From Aggregatilineales bacterium (GTDB lineage: Bacteria > Chloroflexota > Anaerolineae > Aggregatilineales > Phototrophicaceae): a stretch of DNA of 56,914 bases. Positions 18,315 to 28,401 of the stretch are shown one piece after another. The notes under the pieces are model-generated. The model made no database searches and was not told the origin of the DNA. It was given only the letters and a program-made list of their open reading frames with translations. The stretch spans positions 1-56,914 of the forward strand of contig JBBSBS010000001.1 of the NCBI GenBank assembly GCA_038251045.1. The letters run 5' to 3'. The translations under genes were made by a program, and so were the position numbers. Positions within the stretch are counted from its first letter, which is position 1. Every line of letters starts with the position of its first letter.

Positions 18315-18691
18315 CCGATCCACTTCACTTTGCTTGCGGCTGGGTTATCCGTCCGGACACCGATTATGATGGGCTGATGCAGAAGGCTGGCGAATGTGGC
18401 TGCGAACTGGTGGCAGTCGCGCCGATCAATATGACGCAGCAGGGATTGGCTGTCATGACATTTGCCATCCGCACGCTTGAGGAAGCCAACCTTGTCAACT
18501 TCATCCGCAAAAATGCGCCGGAAATGGGGCTGACGCACTGGTACGGCGTACCGGAGTCGTACTTTGAGCAAGGCACACCGCTGTATGTCGAACTTGTGCC
18601 GGAAGAAATCCGCGAACAATGGCTGGCGGGGTTAAATGCCTACGGCAAGCATAATGACGAGCAGCAGAAAAAACTAAACGGGGTCGAATAA
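18311..18691 (+). CDS. Hypothetical protein
   Basis: ATGA overlap with the upstream gene; coding-like codon usage. Confidence 0.75.
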   Translation: MTDPLHFACGWVIRPDTDYDGLMQKAGECGCELVAVAPINMTQQGLAVMTFAIRTLEEANLVNFIRKNAPEMGLTHWYGVPESYFEQGTPLYVELVPEEIREQWLAGLNAYGKHNDEQQKKLNGVE

Positions 18692-18760
18692 ATCCCTACA
18701 GAATCTGTCCCGACTCTGCTATCCTGTTAGTAACGCTAAATTATCAACAACAAACATCAT

Positions 18761-19675
18761 ATGACTGACTGGTATTTAATTGTCGGCTTGGGCAACCCCG
18801 GCAAAGATTATGAAGACACACGCCATAATGTTGGCTTCCGTGTGGCAGATGAACTGGCACGCCGTTATAACATGACCTTTGGCAAAACCGAGCGTAAGGC
18901 TCAGGTCGCCAGCGGGACGATCAAGGATAAGAAGGTTATCCTCGCCAAACCACAAACTTATATGAATCTGAGTGGTGAGGCGGTACGGTCACTGGTTGAC
19001 TTCTACAAGGTCGAACTCGCCAATATTCTGATTATCGCGGATGACCTCGATATTCCGCTGGGGACGGTGCGGCTGCGCCAATCAGGCGGCGCGGGCGGGC
19101 AGAACGGTATCAAGAACATCATCCAACATCTGGGTACGCCGGAGTTTAACCGCCTGCGATTCGGCATCGGGCGGCCTCCGGGCAAGATGCAGGCCAAAGA
19201 TTATGTCCTGAGCGCGTTCAGGGGCGATGATGCTATCCTTGCATCACAGGTGATTGACCATGCCGTAGCCGGTGTTGAAACGTGGTTGGTCGAAGGTATT
19301 GATCTGGCGATGACCCGTCATAACGGCAATATTGATGACCCGAAACCTACGCCAAAAAAAACCACGCCTGAAAAGCGCAAACAGGTTGAATTACCGCCCG
19401 ATTTTGAACAGCTCAAAAATCATCTGGATGTGGAGGGACGCTTGAAATGGTGGCCTTCCAAGCGGTCAAAACAGTTGGTAGCGCTCGATTATCTGGCAAC
19501 AAAGTTTGAAGCGAGCAAAACGTACAGCGAGAGCGATGTCAACTATTTACTGAACCAATGGCACACGTTTGGCGATCCGGCACTGCTGCGGCGTGAACTG
19601 TTCGATGATGCCCTATTGAACCGCCAACAGGACGGTTCCGAATACTGGTATACACCCGCTACTAAAATATACTAA
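18761..19675 (+). CDS. pth: Peptidyl-tRNA hydrolase fused to a C-terminal DUF2087 domain
   Basis: LIVGLGNPG, TRHNVGF, KPQTYMNLSG, DDLD, GGQNG and RFGIGRP; then GRL..WPSK, YSE..VN..L, D.ALLRREL and DGS.YW. Confidence 0.92.
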   Translation: MTDWYLIVGLGNPGKDYEDTRHNVGFRVADELARRYNMTFGKTERKAQVASGTIKDKKVILAKPQTYMNLSGEAVRSLVDFYKVELANILIIADDLDIPLGTVRLRQSGGAGGQNGIKNIIQHLGTPEFNRLRFGIGRPPGKMQAKDYVLSAFRGDDAILASQVIDHAVAGVETWLVEGIDLAMTRHNGNIDDPKPTPKKTTPEKRKQVELPPDFEQLKNHLDVEGRLKWWPSKRSKQLVALDYLATKFEASKTYSESDVNYLLNQWHTFGDPALLRRELFDDALLNRQQDGSEYWYTPATKIY

Positions 19676-19734
19676 GCGACGTTGGATATGTATGGGCGGG
19701 AACGTGTTTGGTTATATAACACCGGTATAAGTGA

Positions 19735-20385
19735 ATGACACTCGACATCTGGTTGTCGTTAGCGGCTATACATATTGCGACGGTGCTCACCCCCGGCGCG
19801 AATTTTTTAGCTGTCACACAAACGGCGCTGACCCGTTCACGTCAAGCCGGGTTGTGGGTGGCCTGCGGAATCGTCACTGGATCGGTGATTCATGTGGCAG
19901 CCGGAATGATCGGTTTCGCAGCAATTATTTCACAAATTCCGGTAGTATTCACAGCGATCCGTCTGCTCGGTGGCGCATACTTCGCTTACAGTGGTCTGCG
20001 GATGCTCAAAGCAGCTTATGCACAGTTCTGGCTGGGACACGCTCTACCGATTAATACCCAACATGACCCGTTGCAGGTCACGCTCGGCAATTTAGCACCA
20101 TCCCAAGCGTACCGACGCGGTTTGTTCACACACCTTTCTAACCCGGCATCGATGCTGTACTATGTAGCATTGTTCACAGGCTTTGTCCCACTTACGGCAA
20201 CCGTGACCGACAAGCTCTTGATTGCAGTTGGTTTGCTGGGTACAACAGCCGTCTGGTATTTGTTGGTCGCACTGATGTTTTCGCAAACCCACATACGCCA
20301 ATTTTATTTCCGCATCACCCCTTATATGAACAGCTTGTTTGGTTTATTGTGGATTCTGCTGGCGATCAAATTGCTGCTCGGCTAA
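19735..20385 (+). CDS. LysE/RhtB family exporter
   Basis: TPGANF, G...A.GI..G, GGAY..Y.G and G..T.LSNP motifs. Confidence 0.9.
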   Translation: MTLDIWLSLAAIHIATVLTPGANFLAVTQTALTRSRQAGLWVACGIVTGSVIHVAAGMIGFAAIISQIPVVFTAIRLLGGAYFAYSGLRMLKAAYAQFWLGHALPINTQHDPLQVTLGNLAPSQAYRRGLFTHLSNPASMLYYVALFTGFVPLTATVTDKLLIAVGLLGTTAVWYLLVALMFSQTHIRQFYFRITPYMNSLFGLLWILLAIKLLLG

Positions 20386-20537
20386 TTCTCGTGCATTCAG
20401 TTCCGAATTAGATGTAAAATCACTTGCAATATTGTTAAGAACAGTTAAAATAGTTTATCTGCTTAAATCCAATATTAATTTTTAATAAATTAATTTGTAC
20501 ACTTAACAGCACCCGGGATCTATAGAAAATTCTTTAA

Positions 20538-20568
20538 ATCTCCACAAGATGTCCACATTGTCTCCATA
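20538..20568 (+). promoter_or_regulatory. Three 11-bp-period direct repeats, probable regulator binding site
   Basis: ATCTCCACA / ATGTCCACA / GTCTCCATA at 20538, 20549 and 20560. Confidence 0.45.
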
Positions 20569-20611
20569 AAATTTGCAGTTCAAGTTGTAACAATCCTGTT
20601 CAAAACTGATA

Positions 20612-22465
20612 GTGAGATCGATAAACCACCTAACAATGGCAAAATATTGTATTCTAATCCTATTGCTGCTGCTGGCAGCTTGCGCACCTACTACTGAACC
20701 TACCCCTGATGTCAGTGAATTGATTGCCGCTGCGGTCGCTGCCCAAGAGCAAGAAGCCGCACGTATCCCACCTATGCTAGAGTCACCGGACGATGATGCC
20801 GTCTTTGATAACATTGCGGAAGTCAAGCTGGCATGGAATTGGATGCGCCCGCTGGCAGATGACGAAGTGTTTGATGTGCGCGTGTGGCGAGAAGACGATC
20901 CACACAACGGCATTGCGTGGACACAAGATACGCATATGGATTTGACCAATTGGCTGCTGTATCAAGAACCGGGGACATTTCACTGGACAGTGGTCGTCCT
21001 CAAGAAAGAGGCTGACAGCACACAAACCCAAGAAATCACCGATCTTGCCCAAGAACACAGCTTCAGCATGAGCGCCATCAATATGAATATTATTGACTTA
21101 CCACCGGGCTTTGAATCGAAGCTGTATGCCCATCTGCCGATAAGCGAACCGACGGTCATGACATTTGATGCCAGCGGAGCAATGGTTGTGCTGTCATTAG
21201 ATGGTCATATTGTGCAAATGACTGACATCAACCACGATGATTATGCAGAAACCAGCACCATGTTGTTTGATGACCCCCAAGACCAACTCAATCACGCGGT
21301 GGGGATGGCTTTCCATGACGGCAAAACCTATATATCAGATGCAGGGCGAATCAGCATACTCAGTGATAGCAACGGGGACGGTATGATCAATGCCGTAAAT
21401 CCGATTGTAGATGGACTGCCAACATGGCAGCACACTTTCCATTCTAATAACGGCATTGCTTTTGGTCCGGATGGCAAACTATATGTGGGGGTTGGCTCTA
21501 CGACTGATCACGGCCCATTGCAAGTCAAAAATGAAGCTTCTATCTTACGGATGAATGATGACGGCACTGATTTAGAAGTATTCGCGGCTGGTTTCCGTAA
21601 TCCTTATGACCTCGCATTTTCCCCTGACGGCGAGTTATTCACAGCCGATAACAGCCCCGACGAACCGGACGACACACTGGCATACTTACCGCCGGAAGAA
21701 CTGGATTTCGTCCAACAGGGTAAGAATTATGGCTTCCCCTATGTATATGGGACGGCAGGAAGCGGCGGTGATTATACTGCCCCTATAACTGATCTCTTCA
21801 CATCATCCGCCAGCAGCGGACTAACGTATTATTCGGCTGACCAGTTTCCGCCGGATTATCGCGGTATCTACATCGCGCAGTTTGGTACGGGGGCAGCGTT
21901 CGCCAAAGCACAGGGTCTCACCAACGGACAAATGGTGGTTTTCGTGGCACTCAAGCCCGATGGCAGCGGTGGATATACGGGCAAATGGCAGCCCTTCGCA
22001 CGCCTCCGCACAGATCTGGGTGTTTATAACCCGATTGATGTCACGGTTGGGCCGGACGGTTCGCTGTACGTTGTGGAATGGAACACGGCTACTGTTTTCC
22101 GTATCACCTATACAGGGGTCTCCGCAACGAAATTATCCGCGACGAACAGCGCCGAAATACCGCAATCGGCAGGGGAAACCCTGTTCCATCAGGGTGCGAA
22201 TGGCGCTCCGGCCTGCATCACCTGCCATACGTTAGATAGGGGTACAGCAGGGGTTGGGCCATCGTTATTGGGGCTGTCCGAAGAAGCAGGCAAACGGGTC
22301 GTCGGATTGAGTGCAGAGGATTATGTGCGGCAGTCTATTTTGCAGCCTAATGCATATGTCGCACCGGGGTATATCGCGGGGGTGATGTATCAAAATTACG
22401 CCGGACAACTGCAATCCGATGAAGTTGATGCACTGGTGAACTACGTGCTATCATTGACGAAATAA
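20612..22465 (+). CDS. Lipoprotein: PQQ-dependent sugar/sorbosone dehydrogenase-like propeller plus C-terminal cytochrome c
   Basis: Lipobox LAAC; FGPDGKLYVGVGS, GFRNPYDLAF, EEL....G.NYGFP and GPDGSLYV; CITCH...GPSL.G...SI..P......GY...VM. Confidence 0.9.
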   Translation: MRSINHLTMAKYCILILLLLLAACAPTTEPTPDVSELIAAAVAAQEQEAARIPPMLESPDDDAVFDNIAEVKLAWNWMRPLADDEVFDVRVWREDDPHNGIAWTQDTHMDLTNWLLYQEPGTFHWTVVVLKKEADSTQTQEITDLAQEHSFSMSAINMNIIDLPPGFESKLYAHLPISEPTVMTFDASGAMVVLSLDGHIVQMTDINHDDYAETSTMLFDDPQDQLNHAVGMAFHDGKTYISDAGRISILSDSNGDGMINAVNPIVDGLPTWQHTFHSNNGIAFGPDGKLYVGVGSTTDHGPLQVKNEASILRMNDDGTDLEVFAAGFRNPYDLAFSPDGELFTADNSPDEPDDTLAYLPPEELDFVQQGKNYGFPYVYGTAGSGGDYTAPITDLFTSSASSGLTYYSADQFPPDYRGIYIAQFGTGAAFAKAQGLTNGQMVVFVALKPDGSGGYTGKWQPFARLRTDLGVYNPIDVTVGPDGSLYVVEWNTATVFRITYTGVSATKLSATNSAEIPQSAGETLFHQGANGAPACITCHTLDRGTAGVGPSLLGLSEEAGKRVVGLSAEDYVRQSILQPNAYVAPGYIAGVMYQNYAGQLQSDEVDALVNYVLSLTK

Positions 22466-22522
22466 CACGAAAGAAATGAGAAACTCAAGACTTCTATAAT
22501 TAATAAACTTATTGGAGTCCTT

Positions 22523-23044
22523 ATGGTTTCGGGACACTTACCATCCATAATTGCGCGAGATGCCGGAGCCGCGGATTTGTCTGCTCTAACAACCGTTAGA
22601 CAACCTGAAGGTCTCCATCTAAGTCGGCTGCGGGATGCCCAGCGTTCGGATTTCCGGTATTTTATTTTACTCGATGATGAAGCAATTGTTGGGTTTGTGT
22701 GTCTGGTTTTTCGTCGCCCCGATACTTGGTTAAACGCCAATGATACGAATCATCTCCCAGAAATAAATGATTTGTATATCGCAGAGGAACGACGTGGGCA
22801 TGGTTATGGTTCCGCAGCGATTCGCGCTATGGAACATATCGTCTTCGAGGCGGGTAGTAAGCAACTCTACATTTCTGTCGAGCCGGTGGATAATCCCCGT
22901 GCATATGCCTTGTATCAGCGGCTTGGTTATCAGCAGATACAGCCTGAGCCTCACCACCATACATGGTCATCTACTTACGGCGATGGGACGATGCATTCAG
23001 GCGAGCTATGGCTGGTAGACATGGTAAAATCATTGAACAGTTAG
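22523..23044 (+). CDS. GNAT family acetyltransferase
   Basis: LYIAEERRGHGYGS and NPRAYALYQRLGY motifs. Confidence 0.9.
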   Translation: MVSGHLPSIIARDAGAADLSALTTVRQPEGLHLSRLRDAQRSDFRYFILLDDEAIVGFVCLVFRRPDTWLNANDTNHLPEINDLYIAEERRGHGYGSAAIRAMEHIVFEAGSKQLYISVEPVDNPRAYALYQRLGYQQIQPEPHHHTWSSTYGDGTMHSGELWLVDMVKSLNS

Positions 23045-23128
23045 CGCCTAACTATCCCGTATGAACGAACTTTCAACGATCTATTTCCGCAAGCGTTGGA
23101 AGCGCCGCATTGCATTAAGTTCAGGTGA

Positions 23129-23386
23129 TTAATCCCACCAGCGATACCACTGTTTGCGGGGTGTGCCAGACACACGACCAATCGGCGCGGGTGATATATA
23201 GTATAACCACGCCCAAAACATGGCTAAAAAGACAAAGCTGCCAATCGCACCGATGACCATGCCAATGATGCCACCCATCGTTACATCACGACCGGTACGC
23301 TGGTGAATATAGGCTGTGCCGAATGAGCCGACTATCGCGCCAACAATTGACCACATCGCCACATACCACATTGTGGGAATCCTCAT
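23129..23386 (-). CDS. Small two-TM membrane protein
   Basis: Gly-rich hydrophobic helices, Trp-rich tail. Confidence 0.7.
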   Translation of the reverse strand: MRIPTMWYVAMWSIVGAIVGSFGTAYIHQRTGRDVTMGGIIGMVIGAIGSFVFLAMFWAWLYYISPAPIGRVSGTPRKQWYRWWD

Positions 23387-23594
23387 ATCTTATTCGCCAA
23401 TAACTATATCATACAATAATTCGGTGAGGATTGAGATAAGGATAAACGAACTACGTATAACTTATGAAACACAAGCGATAGTACCATTTCTATAATGTCC
23501 TCATTCCCTTTTTAGCTACAAAGTTTATAATAAACGGTTGCTCGTTAGCCGACGGGCAATCATGATTCAATTATTCAGGACTCAACTGAAGCTT

Positions 23595-26500
23595 ATGCAA
23601 CTCACTGGACTTCTTGATCTTTTGCGCGGCAGCCAAGTCTACCGCGATTTATTGACTCATTTGCAGGGTGGTGCTGCGATGCCGGAACTCGGTGTTATCC
23701 GCGCTGCAAGACCATTCTTATTAGCAGCGCTGGCGCAAGATTGGGCTGGCCCCATCATTTACATCACCGGACGTGTAGACCGTGCTTATAACGTATCGGA
23801 ACAACTTCCAGTGTGGTTAGGTGAGCGCCCGATTTATCGCTTTGCTGAACCGACTGCCCTATTCTATGAACGCACGCCGTGGGTCGAAAATGTCATTCGC
23901 GGAAGAATCGCCGCGCTGGCAGCACTTACGCCTACAGACGATCAGTCCAGCAGCAATAACCAACCGGTTATCGTCACATCTGCCCGCGCGGTCATGCAGC
24001 GAACCATGCCTGTCAACCAGTTCCGCAAATCGACGCTGGTGCTTAAGCCGGGGCAGCGGCACACGTTGGATGTTCTGCTCGGTCGCTGGTTCAAGCTGGG
24101 TTATGAACCGGTAACGGTGGTGGTTGAACCGGGCACATTCAGCCGGCGCGGTGGTGTTGTCGATATTTTCCCACTGGCGGCGGATAAGCCAATTCGAATT
24201 GACTTTTTTGACGACGAGATTGAAAGTATCCGTGAGTTTGATCCTTCGACGCAGCGATCCGCCGACAAATTGGCGATGGTTGCGATTCCGCCGGCCCGCG
24301 AAGTGCTGCCAGAACAAACCCCGCCGCTGGCTGAACATCTTGCGCCGTATTTCGCCAGCCTGCCCTCTACGGGCGAGGATATGACCACGCCTAACCGCGA
24401 TGTCGAAGCCATGACCAATGGGGTCGCGTTTCCCTACCTCGAACACTACATCCCCTACATTTATCCGCAGCCCGTGAGCTTATTGGATTATGCGCCGCCG
24501 GATGCGCTGATCGTGGTTGAAGATTGGGCAGAACTGCGCGATACGATTGCAGGCGTAGAGGAAGGCGCAATTAAAACCCGCGCTGAGCGCTTATCCGCTA
24601 ACGAACTGGCCTCGGACCATCCCCTGCCTTATCTGACGTGGGACGCACTGGCGGAGGAGTTCGAGAACCGCAGCACCGTACATTTCGGCAGCATGATTTA
24701 TGCCGATGATGACATTGAAGACGAAGACGCACCTATCGAAATAAAAGAGGAGAACCTGACGTTTCGCGGTGTATTTGCGCCGGAAGAACGTTTCGGCGGT
24801 CAGCTTAAACCCCTTCTCGCCCGCCTGCGAAATGCCAAAAAAACCGGCGATTGCGCGGTGGTTGTGTCGCAGCAGTCGGCGCGTGTGGCTGACCTGTGGC
24901 GCGAACAGGAAGGCTTCGTTCCCACGCTCAAAGATATTCTTGAGCCGCCCATGCCGGGAACATTTTTGCTGATCGACGGTGCGCTGGGTGAAGGTTGGAA
25001 ACTGCGCTTGCCCGGTATCGAAGTGCATCTGCTGACTGACGCGGAAATCTTCGGTTGGAATCGTCCCGAACCTCGCCGCCGTAAAACGGTCACGAAAGGT
25101 CGCCTGCCTGAATCGAGTTACGCTGATCTTAACGCAGGTGATTTCGTGGTGCATCGTGATTACGGTATCGGGCGTTTCGGTGGGATGCGCCGCCGGACGA
25201 TCGAAGGGAACGAACGCGAATATCTAGTGATTGAATACGCGGGTACGGATATGGTGTTCGTACCGATTCATCAAGCGGATCGACTGACGCGGTACGTCGG
25301 GCCGGATGACCGACCACCGAGTTTAAGCCGGCTGGGCAAACCGGACTGGGCAAAAGTCACCACTCAAGCGCGGAAAGCGGTCGAGGACGAAGCCAAAGAA
25401 CTCTTGCAGCTATACGCCGAACGAATGGCGACTACTGGCTTCGCCTTTGCGCCGGATACAGCATGGCAGCACGAACTGGAAGCATCCTTCCCGTATGTCG
25501 AAACGGATGACCAAATGAGGGCTATCCGTGAAGTCAAGGGGGATATGGAGCAGCCTGTTCCGATGGATCGGCTGATCTGCGGTGAAGTGGGTTATGGGAA
25601 GACTGAAGTGGCGCTGCGAGCCGCATTTAAGGCAGTTATGGGTGGTAAACAGGTGGCGCTGCTCGTCCCGACGACTGTTCTGGCACAGCAGCATTATGAG
25701 AACTTTAGCCAGCGTTTGACGAACTTTCCGGTTAAGGTCGAGATGATCTCGCGCTTCCGCAACAAGGATGAACAGCGTGCCATATTGCCGCTGATCGCCA
25801 ATGGTGAGATTGACATCATTATCGGCACGCACCGGCTGTTGCAAGATGATGTGATCTTTAACAATCTTGGGCTGGCGATCATTGACGAAGAGCAGCGCTT
25901 CGGGGTAACACATAAGGAATATCTGAAGCGGATGCGAACGCAGGTTGATGTGCTGACGCTGACCGCTACACCTATCCCCCGCACCCTGTATATGAGCCTG
26001 ACGGGTGTGCGCGACATCACCATGATTCAAACACCTCCAGAAGAACGTCTGCCGATCATCACCCATGTTGGGCCGTTTGATGACCGACTGGTGCGCCAAG
26101 CCGTTGTGCGCGAGATGGAACGGGGCGGGCAGATTTTCTATGTCCACAACCGGATCAGCACAATGGATTCAGTGCGCGAACGGTTGGAAGAAATCGTGCC
26201 GGAAGCCCGCGTGGTGGAAGGTCATGGGCAAATGGACGAACGCCTGCTGGAAAAGGTTATGGGTGCATTCGGGCGCGGTGAGTATGACATCTTGTTATCA
26301 ACCTCCATTATCGAAAATGGGATCGATATTCCCAACGCCAATACGCTGATTGTTGACCGTGCGGATTGGTTCGGCATGTCGCAGTTGTACCAGCTGCGCG
26401 GGCGAGTCGGGCGCAGTGCTCAACAAGCCTTCACATACTTCTTCCATGCCAGCAATAATCGGCTGACGGATGAAGCCCGTACCCGTCTGGAAGCACTGGC

Positions 26501-27140
26501 GGAATACACCGAACTGGGCGCGGGTTATCAAATCGCCATGCGCGACCTCGAATTACGCGGTGCAGGCGACATCCTCAGCACCCGCCAAACCGGGCATGTG
26601 GCGGCTATCGGGCTGCACCTGTATACGCAGTTGCTCACCCATGCCGTGCAGCAGCTTAAGAGCAACATCAACCAAGACATTCAACCGCCGCTGGTCGTTA
26701 GCAATGTAACGATTGATCTGCCATTGCCCGCATACTTGCCAAACGACTGGATCAGTGAGATGGAGCTGCGGTTGCAAATTTATCGACGTGTAGGCAGCTT
26801 GAACAGCATGGAAGATGTCGACATGATGCGCGATGAACTGCGTGACCGCTTCGGTTCACTGCCGCCAGCGGTAGATGGCCTGATGTACGGCATTGATGTC
26901 AAATTACTGGCGCAGCGAGCCGGAGCTACGGGTGTGATTACCATCAACGACACTATCCATATCAAGCTGCCCTATCTGGCAGAGATAAACCGCGAAAAGC
27001 TGCAAGCCGACCTCGATAACAATGTACGTGTCACCCGAACCGCCGTCATGCTGCCCACCGATGATGAAACGTGGCAACTACAGTTACTAGATGTACTAGC
27101 CAAACTGGCTGAAGGGGCGCACGCAGGCATCGGGTTGTAG
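23595..27140 (+). CDS. mfd: Transcription-repair coupling factor (start may be 23562 or 23595)
   Basis: UvrB-like N-domain; RID (GDFVVH.DYGIGRF); GEVGYGKT, DEEQRFG, TATPIPRTL and QLRGRVGR; TRCF domain. Confidence 0.97.
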   Translation: MQLTGLLDLLRGSQVYRDLLTHLQGGAAMPELGVIRAARPFLLAALAQDWAGPIIYITGRVDRAYNVSEQLPVWLGERPIYRFAEPTALFYERTPWVENVIRGRIAALAALTPTDDQSSSNNQPVIVTSARAVMQRTMPVNQFRKSTLVLKPGQRHTLDVLLGRWFKLGYEPVTVVVEPGTFSRRGGVVDIFPLAADKPIRIDFFDDEIESIREFDPSTQRSADKLAMVAIPPAREVLPEQTPPLAEHLAPYFASLPSTGEDMTTPNRDVEAMTNGVAFPYLEHYIPYIYPQPVSLLDYAPPDALIVVEDWAELRDTIAGVEEGAIKTRAERLSANELASDHPLPYLTWDALAEEFENRSTVHFGSMIYADDDIEDEDAPIEIKEENLTFRGVFAPEERFGGQLKPLLARLRNAKKTGDCAVVVSQQSARVADLWREQEGFVPTLKDILEPPMPGTFLLIDGALGEGWKLRLPGIEVHLLTDAEIFGWNRPEPRRRKTVTKGRLPESSYADLNAGDFVVHRDYGIGRFGGMRRRTIEGNEREYLVIEYAGTDMVFVPIHQADRLTRYVGPDDRPPSLSRLGKPDWAKVTTQARKAVEDEAKELLQLYAERMATTGFAFAPDTAWQHELEASFPYVETDDQMRAIREVKGDMEQPVPMDRLICGEVGYGKTEVALRAAFKAVMGGKQVALLVPTTVLAQQHYENFSQRLTNFPVKVEMISRFRNKDEQRAILPLIANGEIDIIIGTHRLLQDDVIFNNLGLAIIDEEQRFGVTHKEYLKRMRTQVDVLTLTATPIPRTLYMSLTGVRDITMIQTPPEERLPIITHVGPFDDRLVRQAVVREMERGGQIFYVHNRISTMDSVRERLEEIVPEARVVEGHGQMDERLLEKVMGAFGRGEYDILLSTSIIENGIDIPNANTLIVDRADWFGMSQLYQLRGRVGRSAQQAFTYFFHASNNRLTDEARTRLEALAEYTELGAGYQIAMRDLELRGAGDILSTRQTGHVAAIGLHLYTQLLTHAVQQLKSNINQDIQPPLVVSNVTIDLPLPAYLPNDWISEMELRLQIYRRVGSLNSMEDVDMMRDELRDRFGSLPPAVDGLMYGIDVKLLAQRAGATGVITINDTIHIKLPYLAEINREKLQADLDNNVRVTRTAVMLPTDDETWQLQLLDVLAKLAEGAHAGIGL

Positions 27141-27152
27141 TTTTTAAGCGGC

Positions 27153-27632
27153 CTAGTTCGGCAAGCGTCCCATCAAACCAAATACGCCGCGTATAAACCG
27201 GTGAAAACCGTCTGAAGTCTGCCCGAACATCGATGGGCAGGCTCCGGCAATCACGGTGATGTTATGATCGCGGCAGTACTCTACTGCTGTTTCGGAAACA
27301 CTGCTGCCGGGTCCGTGTACACCACCATGCATCCATACGCGGTGTATACCTGCCTCGGCACAATCCCGCACAACATCATCGGTAACATCGGCATGGGTTA
27401 CGATGATTACGCCATCCACCGAACCGGGAATTGCTTTAACGCTCTTATAACAGGTTGTACCTTCCACCACTTCAGCATTGGGATTAACCGGATAAACATC
27501 ATAACCCTCATCCCGAAAGCGCCGGTAAATGGCGTTGGCTGCGCTGGAAGCATTGGTATGCGAAACACCGGCTACGGCAATCTTCTTCTGAGATAGAAAA
27601 TCATCAACTTTTGTATTCAAATTGGTACTCAT
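27153..27632 (-). CDS. CoA-binding protein (YccU-like)
   Basis: IAVAGVS, VYPVNP, VDGVIIV, RVWMH and CPSM motifs. Confidence 0.88.
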   Translation of the reverse strand: MSTNLNTKVDDFLSQKKIAVAGVSHTNASSAANAIYRRFRDEGYDVYPVNPNAEVVEGTTCYKSVKAIPGSVDGVIIVTHADVTDDVVRDCAEAGIHRVWMHGGVHGPGSSVSETAVEYCRDHNITVIAGACPSMFGQTSDGFHRFIRGVFGLMGRLPN

Positions 27633-27801
27633 ATACATCTCCCCATAGGCAAGAACCCGACACAAGACGTGCAAGATTAATTACATCTGGCATTACTGCA
27701 GGGCTGGATTTAGGTCAGTACCAGTGATGCTTGTAACAGGAGACAGATTACAGTCATCAGATTCAGGCCAAGTTATATTGAGGGGAAATGCCAATCATTA
27801 A

Positions 27802-28287
27802 TCAGGCTTCACGGCGCACATCAACAAATGTACCTCCGGTAATTAGTTCTAACTGATCTAATGTAACACCAAATATGGCATTGCTTGCTCCACCCGCCGG
27901 GTATATCTGCGGGTAGCGTTTTAATGCGTCATCCAAATACACGGCGCGCGGTGCTGTACGATGAGCGAGGGGCGGCACACCACCCGGAGCATAACCAATT
28001 TGCTCAATACACTGCTCTGGCGTAGCGAACTTCACCTGCTTGCGCGAAACGCCAAGTAAAGCCGCTACTTTCCGGTCATCTACACGCTGGTCACCACTAG
28101 CGATGACCACAACCGCTTTATCATCTACGATAAAGCAAATACTCTTAGCGATTTGACCCAACTCACAACCAATCTCATCGGCAGCCAATTGTGAAGTAGC
28201 GGTCGAGTTTTCAAAAAAGCGAATTTTGATGCCTTGATTGAAAGTATCCAGAATGTCCTGCACATGCTGCGGCGTTAATGGCTCCAT
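27802..28287 (-). CDS. YbaK/EbsC family aminoacyl-tRNA deacylase
   Basis: T.T...AA..IGC..GQIAKS, SGD.RVD, GY.PGGVPP and AGG motifs. Confidence 0.92.
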   Translation of the reverse strand: MEPLTPQHVQDILDTFNQGIKIRFFENSTATSQLAADEIGCELGQIAKSICFIVDDKAVVVIASGDQRVDDRKVAALLGVSRKQVKFATPEQCIEQIGYAPGGVPPLAHRTAPRAVYLDDALKRYPQIYPAGGASNAIFGVTLDQLELITGGTFVDVRREA

Positions 28288-28401
28288 CGTTTTCTCCCGT
28301 ACAGATAGTGATTATTTGGATCGAATGTTAAGACATTGGCTAAAAGCGCGCCAATGTTAAGAGTTTTGCAATAGATATTAAATTCTTTTATACTGCACAA
28401 T

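Noticed and set aside
20438-20465. dif-like site (minus strand TAAGCAGATAA-ACTATT-TTAACTGTTCT)
   Set aside because: One arm resembles XerC arms, but the normally best-conserved XerD arm (TTATGT.AA.T) does not match; it overlaps a likely promoter
25578-25604. Mfd Walker A reads GEVGYGKT rather than GDVGFGKT
   Set aside because: Conservative change; GKT, DEEQ and the other helicase motifs are intact
27723-27738. CRP/FNR-like site AGTGA-N6-TAACA upstream of the CoA-binding gene
   Set aside because: Two mismatches and a single occurrence; not distinguishable from chance
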